Counted from the first letter of the stretch, positions 24,021 through 37,986 are shown. The stretch: DNA of 64,000 bases from the human T2T-CHM13v2.0 reference genome, Homo sapiens (GCF_009914755.1 NC_060946.1), one strand, 5' to 3'. Made by a program: numbers and translations. Notes: generated from the letters alone by a model not told the origin.

Positions 24021-27000
24021 GTGAGCAGGGCGGTGCGGGGAGGGATCCGTGCCTTGTCCGTGGCCCCGTCTGTCATTCCTCTTGTCTGTTCTCTGGCTCT
24101 CCTGTTCCTCCTTGTTCTGTTCCATTCCTTCTGTGGCAACCCCCAACCCGCCCCCGCCATCCACCTCTGAATCTGGTCTTGCTTGGCCTGCCCGAGAGAG
24201 GAGGTTCTTCTGGGCGTCTGACACGTCAGGGTTGCTGCTCACTGTGTCCCTGTTGGTGCCAGAAGTGGGAGCTGGGCTCCCCTCAGAGACTCAGGTTGGG
24301 CATGAGGCGCCTCCATGGCCCTCCTGGAGGCTCTTGGCCCCAGGGATTCCTGTGAGTTCTCTCTCTCCCTCCCGACACAGGCTGTCTTTACCATTAAGGG
24401 TTGTTTTGTGTTTTACTTTGGAGGTACGCCTCCCTCCTCCCATCCTCTCTGTGGCCATGTGGCTGCCCAGTGTGGCTGATACCCTCTGCCTTACAGCTGC
24501 CTCCTGCCTTGCTTCCTCTGGCGGCTTGGAGCACACTGACTCCTTTTCTTTTGGGGGATCTGCCACTAACTCCCTATTTCCCATCCCAGAAACATTTGTC
24601 TCTTGGCACCACCTTAGAATCCCTTAAACATGGATTCCCGTGTGTCATTTCTAAAGTGCAGTAAGAAGATAGATGGAAGTCACGCCATCTCCCTGCACTC
24701 CATCTGCCCTCTTGCCTTCTCCCCACCACTTCCCCGTCTGTCCTGCCCCTGCCCAGAAGGATCTGAGCAGGGGCCTGGCTTGCTGCTGAGGCTGTCACAG
24801 CTGCCAGAGCCCTGGGCTGATCCCATAGGTCTTTCCTTGAGGACCCGACTCCCAAGGCTCCTTCCAAAGAGGAGCCCTTCGGGCCCGTGGGCTGCATGGA
24901 TGCTGGCGGCAGAGCTGGTCATCCCCCACCCGCCCCCTTGTCTGCCTTTTTAAAGCTGCTTTTGCCTTCTGTGCCCCTAGGTCTCCCCTCTCCTCTTTGG
25001 GTCTGGGGGGGTGGTATGTGGATGCCACCTCTTGACTCCTGCTTCTTGCTGCCTGGAAGACCAACCTAGTGGGCCCCGTACTGTCAGCCTTGGAGGACAG
25101 AGTTCACAGCGTAGCAACGTGTTCAGAACTTAAGGACTTTGCAGGTCTTACAAAGGCCTGGCCATTCTACCTTCTTTAGTTCAGGATTCAAAAGACAGGT
25201 AGGAGCTTGGGAAGCTCATGAGGCCTCTCCTAAGGTCCCGGGATGCTGCCTCCAGCTCCTGTCATCCTGGGGAATTGCTCTGGGGTCCTCTCCCCTTTTA
25301 GCCTTTTCCAACTCTCAGCCAAACTGGAAAGCCCTCTTCCCAGCAGTGCAGTGTTGAAGGTGCCCGTAGAATGGGTGTTATAATCAGAGTGAGCAGCCTG
25401 GTCCTAGGCCTCTGTACAGGACCAGACCCCTGAGGCTGGGGTCTCCTGACCCACACCTGACCAGCCCCCATCTTCCCTCTCTGCTTCTCCCTCCGCTCTT
25501 CTCTGCCTCTTGGTCTTGATGAAAATCAAAGCCATTTTAAAAAGTGCATAGCACAGTGCCTGGCCTGGTTCGGGCCCTCAATAAACATTTCTTAAATGGA
25601 TGAAAGAACAAAGCAAAATGCAAATGCTGTGTTTTGTGATTTGAGATCTAGGGAGGTGGCTTAGGACAAAAACCCACAGAAGGACTTACTCAGCGTTCAG
25701 ACTCATCAGGTGTCGATCCCCCATGGTCGGGCTCAGGTGGGCCCAGGTCTCGTCATTGGCTCTGTCCTCTCCTGTGAGGCAGCTGCAGCAGTTGCAGGGC
25801 AGGGTCAGGGGATTCCTCAGCCGGAACCTCTGGCACTTCCCCTTCTCTGAGTTCATCCTCCCACGGTGCTCTTTAGCATTCTGTCTTGATCAGGGTACGG
25901 TTCTCTTAGCCCTTGGCTCTGGCTTTCACCAGGACCCTGTTTGTTTTTCTTTCTCAGATGTGGGATGGGGAAGGACAAGACCAGCAGCCCTGACCCTTAC
26001 GTGACGTCTGTTCTTTTACTCAGTAGTTCCTGCAAAATTCTGATCTCTGATTGGGTTCATGTGGGTCCTCTGCTTTTCCCTGACTGATCACTGGGGTCTG
26101 GGGACATAGGGCTGTCATCGGCCAAGCTTGAGTCCTCTGTTCTCCCAGGAGCCAGGGGGATGGGTCCGCCCACCTAGCAAGCAGGTGCTGAGAGTGAGGG
26201 GAGGGGGCTCTCCAGATGGAAGTCCAGTGCTGTCCCTTGAGTAAGTAGATGCTGGACAGCCTGTAGCAACCAATGTTCTGTGACACGGCCCCCACTGGCA
26301 TCAGCAACTCACTTCCTTGCCGGTCATTGGCTTGGAGCCATCAGAGGGCCCTGATGTCGGTGCTCAGGAGGTCACAGCTTAGTGCTGTATCCCTCCCCTG
26401 TGAAGTGTATTTACAGCGAGCCAACTGCACAGGCTATCGCGAGGCTGCACACGGCATCACCTGTGAAGCACCTGGTAGGCCCAGGGCTGGGGCCTGTGGA
26501 CCCCTCACTGGTGTGAGCTGCCATTGTCTTTGCTGTCACTGACGACACCTAGGTGAGGTCTTAGAGTCCTTTGTGGGAAAACAAGCCTGTTGGATGCAGC
26601 ACTGGAGACGGTCCTGCCGTATCAGTTTGTCTTCACACCGTTCTGTTAGACGGACACTAACAGAATCCTCATGTTCCAGACAATGAAACTGAGGTACCAG
26701 AGAGCTTCCTTGCAGACAGAAAACGGTGGTCTGCCTGACCATGAGCCCTGCTCTCTGGCTGCCGTAACCAGGGCCGCTGTTGTTAAGCCCCTTCTGATGA
26801 CACACAATGGGCTTTTGCCCAGTAACGCCCCTCCACAGAAGTGGCAGGTGTGTGCATGGCACAGACTCACCCCCGCTGTTTACTGGTCATGTTTGTCATA
26901 AGTAGCACCTGGTGCCACCTGAGTGGCCTACCCGGGCCTGCTTTTCCTTCTCAGTTTGCCTCTGTGTTACCTTCTGTTCCAGCTCACTCTTCCTTTCACC

Positions 27001-30000
27001 CTCTTGCGCTCCTTCTCGCCCTCAGACCTGGGCTGAACTACAGCCATCTGGAGGGGCCCCTGCCCACCCTGGGCCCTTAACTTCCGGTGCTTCTGGCTGC
27101 AGGCAGCGGAGCGGAGCACAGGACACTTGGTGATGTCTGAGTCCAGTCCTGTTTCAGATCTGGTCCTTTGCCCACCGTGGCTGTTGTCAGCTCTTGTCCT
27201 GCGGCCCCTAATGGCTGGAGTCCGGTACTCACTGCTCACTTAGGGATAAAACTGCTGGTGGAACTGCCTAAAGTGTGGGAGGTTCTGACATCCAGGTATG
27301 GCTGCTTCCTTCCCAGGGCCAGTCGTGGCAGAGGCGCTAGGTCACCCTCAGGGCCATACCCTGAGCTGTGTCTCCAGCCCCTTGTGTTCCACAGTGTTTG
27401 TCTCCCAGGCCCATCCTTCTCCTCCCTGACCGACACCATGAGGAAGGGAATGCCCACCCACCTTTTCCAGAGATGGCTCATTCCTGATGTGCTTTAGCCA
27501 CAAGGTGTTCTGTGGCCTGAGAGCTTTCTGGACAAGTTAAGCTGTCCTGTATGTCGTGGAACCAAAGCTCGGTAACCTGTGGAAAAATGATGAGCTCTGG
27601 GGCCACCTTTGATTTTCAGGGGAACCTGGAGGATGTGGCACTCTCATGCTGCCTCTGGAAGGTCCAGGACCTTCGGCCTTTTGAATCCTCGATCCCAGAT
27701 TGTCCACCTGCTCTGTGCTCCCAGCTCCAAGTCTAGCTCTGCTGGACAGACCATTCATCTGCCCAGAGCCCCTCCTCGGTCTCTGGGCCCCACACCTGAC
27801 TCTGAGGCTACATTTGGGCATGATTCAGACCTGACTCCGAGCCCCACAACTGGCCACAGGCACCCCATCTGTCTGAGGCTCTCACTTGTCTCTGAGACCC
27901 TGGCTTCACACCTGGCTCTAAACTCCATTTGTCTTCCAGGCCCCGTGCTCGGATCTGAATCCCATGTGGGGTCTGAGGTCCATAGTAAGGCTCACGTCTG
28001 CCTTGGCACTTAGCTTTACATGGGACTCTCACATCTGGTTTTGTAGGTAAAGTTCATGGCAAAGTAGCTTTGGAAACACAAAAAGAGGTTCTTTGCTGCA
28101 GTACTTCTGGTGCCTTTGACAAGCTTGTGTGGAGGAGGGCACTGTGTGCCGTGGTCTCCAGACCTGCTAGAGTCAGTTCCTAGGTCTCCCAGAAGACCCA
28201 TGTTCCTCAAAATGGTCAAGAAGCCCTGCCCTGGTGGCCTGCTGCAGACCCTGCCTGCTAATATATTTGTCAGGGCTCTGGACAAAGCACTGTGTGCTTG
28301 GTGGATCACACTGGTAAGCAGGGCCAAGGCCAGCAGGGCCTGCTCTTTTGAAACCCAGACTGAATGTGTCACATACCTGCCAGTGGGGGCCCCTGCAGGC
28401 CACATGCAGCTGGGGCAGGTGTGTTCCCAGGATCCCTGAACCCTGTTCGGGGAGTAGGAAGGAGGTACAGAGGAGGGGTCATAGGACACTGGGGCCCATC
28501 AGAGCTGGAGCTGGGAACAGGCGGGGTGCCGAGGAGCAAGACGTGTTACCGCAGAGGATGCACTGGAAGCTTCCGAGCCCATGTCTGGTTTTGTGCTCCT
28601 CTGAGAATTAGTTCCCTTAATGAGGCCCCTAGTTTGCAAAAGGCCACAGGCCTAGACCGGCCCCACGTGAGTGCAGTGGCAGAAGGCCCGAGGCAGTATC
28701 CCGGGCCCGAGTGTGGACATTTTCCTGCCTGTTGGCCCTAGTGGGCTGACTGAGTTGGGCACGCCTGGCAGGGACATGTCATACATACTATTTTTGCATT
28801 TTGTTAGTGCATCTCGTATTCCTGGCTTTGTGCTAGGTACCAGGAGGCAAGGAGAACTGGTAAGAAGTGGGGTGAAGGGCCTGAGACCATGAACGGTCTG
28901 GATCCAGAAATGGCAAGGGGTAAAGAGAAGGTCTGGGTTGATATTAGGAGTTAGCCATTGGCTGTAGGGTAAAAAGAGGAGCTGATGGTGGCTCCCAGGC
29001 TCTGTGTGTGGCAATGACAGGGTGCCGTTCACTGAGTTGGGGATGGAGGGACATGTGTGGATACCCCAGTAGAGGTGTTGGACTCATCAGAGGCTGTCTG
29101 GGTCTCACATGTAGCATTCCTGGGCACACTGGCCATAGCAAAGGGTGTGAGTGGATAATGTTGCCCAGGAGAAACTGCAAACTAAGAGGGGAGCTCTCCG
29201 AAAATCCATCTAGGAAGGAAGAGGCCTGGGAAAGAATGTCTCGAAGGGAAACATGAACAGGTCAGCAGCGGGGTCTTGCTGACCGCCTGGCCAACTGTGG
29301 GGCAGAGGGCGGAGTGGGGAGGGTGTGGCAAGGCCAGACCTCTCTCACTGGCTGAGAGTCACTGGGAAACAGTGAGACGGTGCAGGATTCAAATGTAGGT
29401 GGAAAGACGTGGGGCCGTGGGGGCCTCAGTGTGATCTGGACTCAGCCTCTTCAGCGTGGCTGCTGGAGGTGTTCGTGGGTGACGGTGCCTGGTGAAGTAT
29501 CATGTGTTAGAGGGTGGGTGGCCCAGAAGCTCTCTGGGAGGCTGGCAGGTGCTGTGATGTGGCTGTTTGGCGGCCGGAGCCTGGCCAGGGAGGTGGCCAG
29601 ACGGCTGAGAGTGACAGTGGGTGTGCAGAGAGGCCATGGAAACATGGAAGTCAGACATGGACACTGCTCGGGTTTGTGCCCTGGGGATGGTGTGGGCAGT
29701 ACCCTCTTCCCCAAGAGAAAGAGGAGAAGCAGACACCTGGGCCATGGGTGACCCCAGGCCCCTCCCTCCTGTGCCCTGGGGCCTTTGGCAGGCACAGCCT
29801 TCCTTGGGCGTTTTCTCTTGGCCTCCTGACATCTCCAGCATGCTCTGGGAGGCGGGAGCAATGTGAATGGCTCTCCTCACATCTCTTGCCCTCGGGCCCC
29901 TGGCTCCGTGGGTGCCTCTGGAGCCAGCCTGCCCTCTGCCCAGGTCTCCAGCTCAGCCCCTGCCAGTACTACCCAGACAGGCACAACTCTGCTCTGCCCA

Positions 30001-30764
30001 GCTCGGACCTCCTGGAGCCCAGACCCTGCTCTGGGCTCCGGCCGAGCCTCCTGGCTGCGCTGCCCGCGCCTGCCCTGTGCCTCTGCCTTCACTGCTGTGG
30101 TCCTGCAACTCATCAGTGTGCTTCAGTCACACCTGAGACTCCAGGTACACCTGCCATCACAACTCCACTGAAAGCTAAGCCTTGGGGCAGGGGCAGGGCC
30201 AGGGTAGGTGTCCATCCTGTGATACAGGTCCCCAGGCCAGGGCCACTTTGTTGGGGCTGGTGGGTGGAGGCCAGGTGCATATTCCTGGTCCTGCCCCTCT
30301 CTGGGTGTCCACAGTCAGGTCCCTCTGAGTGATTCTCTCGGAGTCTCCTCTGGCAAGCCCCTCCAGCAGTCACCACCACCTGGGCACCCACCCCCAGGGG
30401 ACCCCCCGACCCAACACCACCTGGCACCTCCCCTTGGGAATCCCCCCAACCTTGGCTGCCTCCCCACTTTGGCCCACTGTGCAGGTGGATCCATGGAGGC
30501 CAGGTCCAATGGGAGCAAAGACAGCTTATTCTGGTGGTTGGTGCCTGTGCTGAGGCCCACCTCAGGTGTTCTTGAAGCCCCTTTCTGTTTGGGGGCACAG
30601 TGTGGCCTCTTCAGGAAGTTCTGCTCTGGATCTGAGCAGCTGGGAGGAGGCAGTAGGGACAGAGGCTGAGGAGAGGACAGAAATGAGGTCCCATGGGAGA
30701 GACAGAGCTCAGATCTCCACAGAGGGCTGACCTCTCACAGGTGGGAGACAAAAGACGAAACCTG

Positions 30765-30890
30765 CTTTAAGGGGAGCCCCATGCGTGTGTGGGGCAGGCA
30801 CTGGTGATGCTGTGTGGTGAGGACAGCCTTTAAGGGGAGCCCCATGCCTGTATGGGGCAGGGACTGGTGATGCTGTGTGGTGAGGACAGC
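30765..30890. repeat. 63-bp tandem duplication (2 copies)
   Basis: ctttaaggggagccccatgc..tggggcagg.actggtgatgctgtgtggtgaggacagc at 30765 and 30828. Confidence 0.85.
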
Positions 30891-31259
30891 ACAGAGGTTG
30901 GGGTGGGGGGACTCAGCCTGGGCAGGGGCAGGGAGAGGGGGTGGGAGGGCCACTGGAGAGGGGCCCGGCCAAAGAGGATGTCAGGGGCTCAGCACCCCCA
31001 GGCGGCCAGGCACCTGCCGAGCACTGCAGCCACGCTTGTGGTTCACCTGCACTTGGAGACTCTCGCACAGGCGCCTCTCCTCCACCAGCAGCTCCAGCTT
31101 TGTCCCTCCCACAGCAGCTGGGCCCTCTGCACCTGAGTTCCTCCCTCCACACCTGGCTGCCCATTGTGTGGTTGCAGCTGTGGGTCGCGTGGGCCTGGCC
31201 GGCTAACTCTCTCTCTCATTGCTCTCTCCTGCCCATCTGCATGTGGCTGCTCTGTCGAG

Positions 31260-31287
31260 CTGCGCCGTGGTCCCGAGCGCCGGCTGT
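31260..31287 (+). CDS. SHANK3: Candidate 28-nt alternative microexon in SHANK3 intron 21 (CAVVPSAGC; frameshifts exon 22)
   Basis: CTAAC branch point 31203-31207, pyrimidine tract, AG at 31258-31259, perfect GTAAGT donor at 31288. Confidence 0.65.
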
Positions 31288-32199
31288 GTAAGTGAGCATG
31301 CCCATCCCATGCCTCTTGCCGTCCACACGCTGTGCCTGTCTGCCTGGGTCTCTGCTCTGCGTGGCTGTGAGAGGCTCTGGTGCCACTGACAGCCCCTTGA
31401 GGCTTCCCCTGACACAGTGGGGATAGGGATGGGAATGGGAGGACATGGGAGTGGGTTTTCTCTGGAGCTATCACCCCAGGTAGGCCTCCCACCACGGCAG
31501 AGCCAAGGAGGGGCTAGAGCTCTAGGGTCCTGTCAGGTGAGGCTGGGAAGTGAGCTGCCATCGGTTCTTGTGTGTGTGCGTGCGTGCATGTGTGCGTGTT
31601 GCGTGTCTGCGTGTGTGTGCTGCTGCCACCGCAGCATGTCTGTAACGCGTGTGGGCACCGTTGCTGCTGTTGTGTGCCGTCTGTGCAGGAGGCTGCCTTT
31701 GTGTTGAGGGTGTGCACGGCCTCACACCTGCCCTGCATGTGCTGCTGCTCCATACGGGTACGAGCCCTGCCTAGTGTCTGTCTCCTGTGTCACGGACCTG
31801 TTCAACCTCGTGCTGCTGCCAGCCTTTATCGCGACTCAGCTGTCCCTGGAACCTGCCCAGGATCCCCTGGGTCTTCTCATGAGAGCAGAGCTGTGTGGGG
31901 GGTGGGCGGTGAAGGGTACTGCCCAAGTCTCAGCGTCCCGGGTATCTGTGGATCCCGCCATGCCCAGAGCCGGTGTCGGAGGCTGGCAGGAGGGAGAAGC
32001 CCGCCCTTTGCCATGAGAGGCTGTCTTTTCTTTGGTTGGGCTGCACTTGGAGCCTGGATGGAGTGGAGGGGGCCACCAGTCATTCCTCATATTCCAGCCA
32101 GTCGCTGGCTCTGGTCCCAGGGGCCAAAGAAAAGGGCCAGGGTAACCGTAGGATCCCACCCTTTATTTCTTCCTCTGGCCGGGCTACTCCCGCCAGCCG

Positions 32200-33100
32200 C
32201 AGCCCCAGCCCGTTTCCTCCTGGACCCTGCCCGCTCCCCTCCGCCCGTCCCCCCTTGGCTGTGCGCCCCTCACCTGGCGCTGACCCCTCTCCCTCCGCAG
32301 GCTCTTCAGCAGCCTCGGTGAGCTGAGCTCCATTTCAGCGCAGCGCAGCCCCGGGGGCCCGGGCGGCGGGGCCTCGTACTCGGTGAGGCCCAGTGGCCGC
32401 TACCCCGTGGCGAGACGCGCCCCGAGCCCGGTGAAGCCCGCGTCGCTGGAGCGGGTGGAGGGGCTGGGGGCGGGCGCGGGGGGCGCAGGGCGGCCCTTCG
32501 GCCTCACGCCCCCCACCATCCTCAAGTCGTCCAGCCTCTCCATCCCGCACGAGCCCAAGGAGGTGCGCTTCGTGGTGCGCAGCGTGAGCGCGCGCAGTCG
32601 CTCCCCCTCGCCGTCGCCGCTGCCCTCGCCCGCGTCCGGCCCCGGCCCCGGCGCCCCCGGCCCACGCCGACCCTTCCAGCAGAAGCCGCTGCAGCTCTGG
32701 AGCAAGTTCGACGTGGGCGACTGGCTGGAGAGCATCCACCTAGGCGAGCACCGCGACCGCTTCGAGGACCATGAGATAGAAGGCGCGCACCTACCCGCGC
32801 TTACCAAGGACGACTTCGTGGAGCTGGGCGTCACGCGCGTGGGCCACCGCATGAACATCGAGCGCGCGCTCAGGCAGCTGGACGGCAGCTGACGCCCCAC
32901 CCCCACTCCCGCCCCGGCCGTGCCCTGCCGGCAGGGCCCCCCACCCCCACCCCGGGCCGCGGGCTCGGCCTGCCCCTTACGACGGCGCCCGGGCCAGGAA
33001 TGTTGCATGAATCGTCCTGTTTGCTGTTGCTCGGAGACTCGCCCTGTACATTGCTTAGTGCCCTCACCGGCCGCCCAGCCCACCCAGCGCACAGTCAGGA
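32200..33100. promoter_or_regulatory. CpG island over SHANK3 exon 22
   Basis: High GC content and CpG density by inspection. Confidence 0.75.
32301..32892 (+). CDS. SHANK3: SHANK3 last coding exon 22 (SAM domain, stop)
   Basis: ccgcAG|G CTC TTC AGC; encodes ...LQLWSKFDVGDWLESIHLGEHRDRFEDHEIEGAHLPALTKDDFVELGVTRVGHRMNIERALRQLDGS*. Confidence 0.98.
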
Positions 33101-34795
33101 AGGGCGTGGACCAGGGAGGCTGGGGCGGGAGGTGCCGGGGGTGGGGTGCCCTAGCGTGACCACCTCCTTCGCAGCTCCTGGTGGCCATTCTCCCAGAGGG
33201 GGAACCTAGTCCAGCATGCGAGGTCAGGACCCGCCTTGGTGACTCGGGGGGAGGGGGGAGACATTGGGATTCTCGATGGGGGCCAAGGAGCCCCCCTGTT
33301 TTGCATATTTTAATCCACTCTATATTTGGAACGAGAAAAGGAACAAATATCTCTGTCCGTAATAGTTTCCTCTCCCCTCCCTTCTACTTCCACTGGTCCC
33401 ACTGCAGCTGCCCAGTCTTCCATCTCCGGCCCCTCACTGCCACTGCCACCCCACAACGGGGCAGGGGACGCTCCAGCTGGTCTGGGGTTGGCCAGGGCCC
33501 TAGTGGCCCGCCCTGGGGCCCCAGCTCGGCCCCTCGCCTCGCTGAGCTCTAGTGTGCCCCACCGACCCTTCAGGTGCTGCTCGTGGTGGGAGGGGCGGCA
33601 GGCCGCGGGTCCTGCTGTGCACCCGCGGGACCAGCCGGCCTGGGAGACCATCGGCCGGGGGGGATGAGGGCAGGGCCCTGCCGCTCCACCGCAGCCATCT
33701 TCCTCACAGGGTCTCTCCCCAAGGAGGGGGCTAGCTTGGTCCCCATGCTCTTGGGCAACTACAGCAGAGAAGCCTCCCTGCCTTGGACCCCAAAGTCTCC
33801 TGTCCTGCCCTTTATGTGTGTGGGTGAAACTGGGTGCGTCTGAGCACGTGGGAGCCGTGTGTGTGCCTGATTACTGAGTGGCCACCAGGGGCCGCTCTGG
33901 ACTAGCGCGGGGCCGTGGAGGCGTGCACCGTGTGCATGCGTGGGGTGTACCTGTGAGAGCACCCTGTCTCCTCTTCCAAAGAAAGTCAGAGGCCATCCTG
34001 CACCCTGGGTCCAGCTGTTTGCCCAGCCTGTCCTTCCAGAGCCTCACCCAGCCTGAGCGGGGTTCCCTGGTGAATCCCTGCTGCTTGGGGAGGCCCCAAG
34101 GGCCCCTTGGAGGCAGCGCCCCCACCTTGGGCTTCTGAGGGCATCATAGGGGGACCCCTAGAGTCAGTTCACCACAGGCCCTGGGGAGAGTCAAAGACCC
34201 CCGAGGGTGCCCAGCCCCCCACACTGTGACTCCTCACACTCAGCGATGACCTGTGGGGTGGGGGGCCCTGGGACGTTTTTAAACCTAGGGTTTGGAGTCT
34301 GGACTAAGCTCCATCCACGTCACTCACAAGTTTCTGTTTATATTTCTAGCTTTTTTTAATAAAATAAAAAAAAAAAGAAAACAGAAGTTTTCACAACCCA
34401 GGGGCCTGGCACGCCGGTCTGTGCCTGCCCGCCCCGCCCTGGCCCACCGGCCCCACTCCCTGGGCACAGAGTCACACCCACTCATCCTTCCGCCAACAGT
34501 CCAGGTCACACAGCAGCAGTCACTGTAACAGACTGCCACATACACACTCGGTCTCACACTCACCTGTGGGTTTTGGTTCCGTTCAATTTGGGTTTTTAAC
34601 TTTACAGGGTCAGTTCCGCTTCACCTCCTTTTGTATGGAGTTCCATCCGGGGGGTTTCACCCCCTGCTCCAGTCCTGAGGCCTCCTGACCCTGACGTTGT
34701 GATACGCCCCACAGAGATCTATGTTTCTTATATTATTATTATTGATAATAATTATTATAATATTATTATGTAATAAATTTATAAGAAATGAAGCC
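32893..34795 (+). other. SHANK3: SHANK3 3'UTR
   Basis: Runs from the stop codon to an AT-rich tract with AATAAA at 34772-34777; exact cleavage site inferred. Confidence 0.8.
34772..34777 (+). terminator. Distal polyadenylation signal of SHANK3
   Basis: AATAAA preceded by TGTA and an AT-rich upstream element, followed by GT-rich sequence (~34822-34834). Confidence 0.75.
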
Positions 34796-36347
34796 ATGGC
34801 TCAGTTGCCTGCTTGAGGGGATATTTGTGTCTGTCCCTCATACCAGCCACACAAACCTCCTCAGCCTGGACCACATGCACGGGTGACTCCTAGATCCCTA
34901 TCTTTGACCTCCATGCCTAGGCACCTGGCATCTTCCAGCATCTTCTCCGAGTCTGCTGGAACTCAGCCCATGCCTTCTGCACCGAAAGCTTTTCTCTGTT
35001 CACCAACCCACTGAGTAGCACCTCCTAAGCTGGAGGCCACTTGTCCTCCATGACCCCTGCCAGGTTTTAAGCCTAGGGTTTAAGACTTGCTCCCGCCAGC
35101 GTCCGGTTGCTTTTAAATTCTGCTGCTCCTGTCTTGGAACCCGCTCGCATCTCTCGCAACTGTCCTACCCCACGGCTGCAGACCAGATTTAGCCCTCACT
35201 CCTTCCCTGCTGATTCACTGGTTTTCTGTTTCCATTTCTGCCCTCTGCTGACAAACACCAGCCTGTCTGTAAATGCAGCTGATGGATGGACCCCGTGAGC
35301 CAGTCCGGCCCAGCCAGTGCTGCCGTGGCCCTGCCAGCATCCCCTGCTCCCTCCCCATGCACACATGCTGCTCGCCAGTCTCCCCCCACCTCCTGCAATC
35401 CCTGAGCCGCTATGACGCTTCAGGGCTCTGTCTCACACATGCCCTCTTCCTTCTGCCTGGATCACCCATCGTTTGCCTGCATCAAGCATACATAGCTTGG
35501 AGGCTGATCTCCGGATCCTGTCTTCCAGGACGTTTTCTCTGACCCGCCCTCCCTGGAGTCCCAGTTAGATGTTAGGCTCTGCGTCTGCACGGCCCTGGTG
35601 CTATCTCAAATTAGAGCAAGTTGGTGCTTCTCACCTTGGGTTGTCTGCCCAGTTGGATGTGAGGTTTCCTTTTTGCTCCCACCCTGAGCACCAGAGACAA
35701 GACATTGTCCTTCAGGAGCGCACAGGCAGTCATGTGAGCAGCCGATAATGTGGCAAAAAAGACACGTCCTGGGTGGCACCTGGTGGGGGTGGCCAGCCAA
35801 CAGGAGGGACAGAGACCCCTCGCTGAGTGGAAGGAGGTGGTGAGCTATGTCTTGAAGGGCAAACAGTAAGGCAAGTGGGCAAAGGCAATCAAGAGGGAGC
35901 CGTGAGAAAGTAGAGGGCACAGGACCCAGCACTGAGGCCAGGGGCTGCAGAGATGTGACGTCCCCGGTGGGGAGGGTTGCTTACAGGAGGGGCAGTGGTT
36001 TCAGAGCCTGGACACACTGGGTTGAGGAGGCGCGTGAATATGACAGAATGACAATCGCATACCTTGGCTCTGTGGTTAACCTTAGCCAGGGGTGGGGCCG
36101 GTGGCACCGTGGAGAAGTGCCACTAGCCCCAGACTCTGAGTCCCCATGGAGGCCTAGGGCTCCATGTGCAGCCCAGGGAGACCCACCCTCCCGATTCCAC
36201 ACACTCAGGCCCAGAGCGAGTCAGGGGCCCCCTGCTCCCACACTCAGACCCTTGCAGGGCCCCCCTCCTTGACTTCCCGTGCAGCCCTTTCCTTATGATG
36301 GCCTCAGTTTCTAATCTGAAAATAAGATGAGGATTAGGAAATGTTGA

Positions 36348-36735
<388 letters not shown>

Positions 36736-37696
36736 TGAGGCTGGTTTTCAAGCTGTCATCAACCATAGCCTCAAAGGGCCTTCGTCCTTCTCCATGGCGC
36801 CACCCAGACCCTCACCTGCTTGCTTAAACCACCCCCGAGGCACCTGCTTCCCCTGGGTGAAGACCTGAAACCTACCCCTTTTCGGCCCTCAAGGTTTCAC
36901 TGCGTCAACCATTCTTACTCCCTCTGGGATCTTCTTGCCTTCCTGGCTGGCTGGACATTGAGGATGGTTGGATAAGGTTTCTGCTCCTCACGGAGGGTGG
37001 TGGGGACAGGAATGGAAAAGTAGGGGATTGGGGGCTGGAAGGGATTGGAGATCAGGGTGAGAAAAACTGGGGTGGGAGTTGGATTGCCCAGGTAAATAAG
37101 GCATGGGGACAGAAGTGGGCACGGCTGGCGAAGGCAGCGGGTGGTTGGGGTGAGCAGGAGCAGCGAGAATGGCTGGGATGAGCTGGAGGGGTGCCTGGGG
37201 GTCAGGGTGGAAGCAGAGAGCAGGGAGGAGTTTGAGGGGAGATGGGGAGCCCCCATCCTGCCCCCTGTGCTGAGCACTCTGCCTCAGCCTGAGCCATGCC
37301 CTCGGATGGGACCCCACCCTCTGGCCCCAGACCTGTCACCCATTTCTCCTTCGCTCTTAGAACAGCATGAAGAAGGTCAGACAAAGTCACTCTGAGTTGA
37401 GATGTTTGTTGCTTCCATTAGTTTAATGACAAAATTAAATGGGCCGGGCCAGGTACTTTTCCCGCAACCATCACTATAGCCAGGGGCAGGCACGATGACT
37501 GGCAGCCCCTTCTAGAATCAGAAGTGGGTAAGCTTTGCGGAGTCAAACTGTAATGGTCTTCTAGAATCCAGACACTGACATTGGGTCTTCAGACTTTTTT
37601 ATTGATACCTCCTAAATATTTGTAAAGAAATAGGTGCTATCCATTAAAAACACCCGAATAATATTTTCTTTAACAGTCAAAACTTTAATCTTCTTC

Positions 37697-37986
<290 letters not shown>

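Noticed and set aside
34277-35082. Repeated ttttaa(a/g)cctagggttt motif at ~34277 and ~35066, vaguely telomere-like
   Set aside because: Only two short copies, no TTAGGG array; cannot be distinguished from chance.
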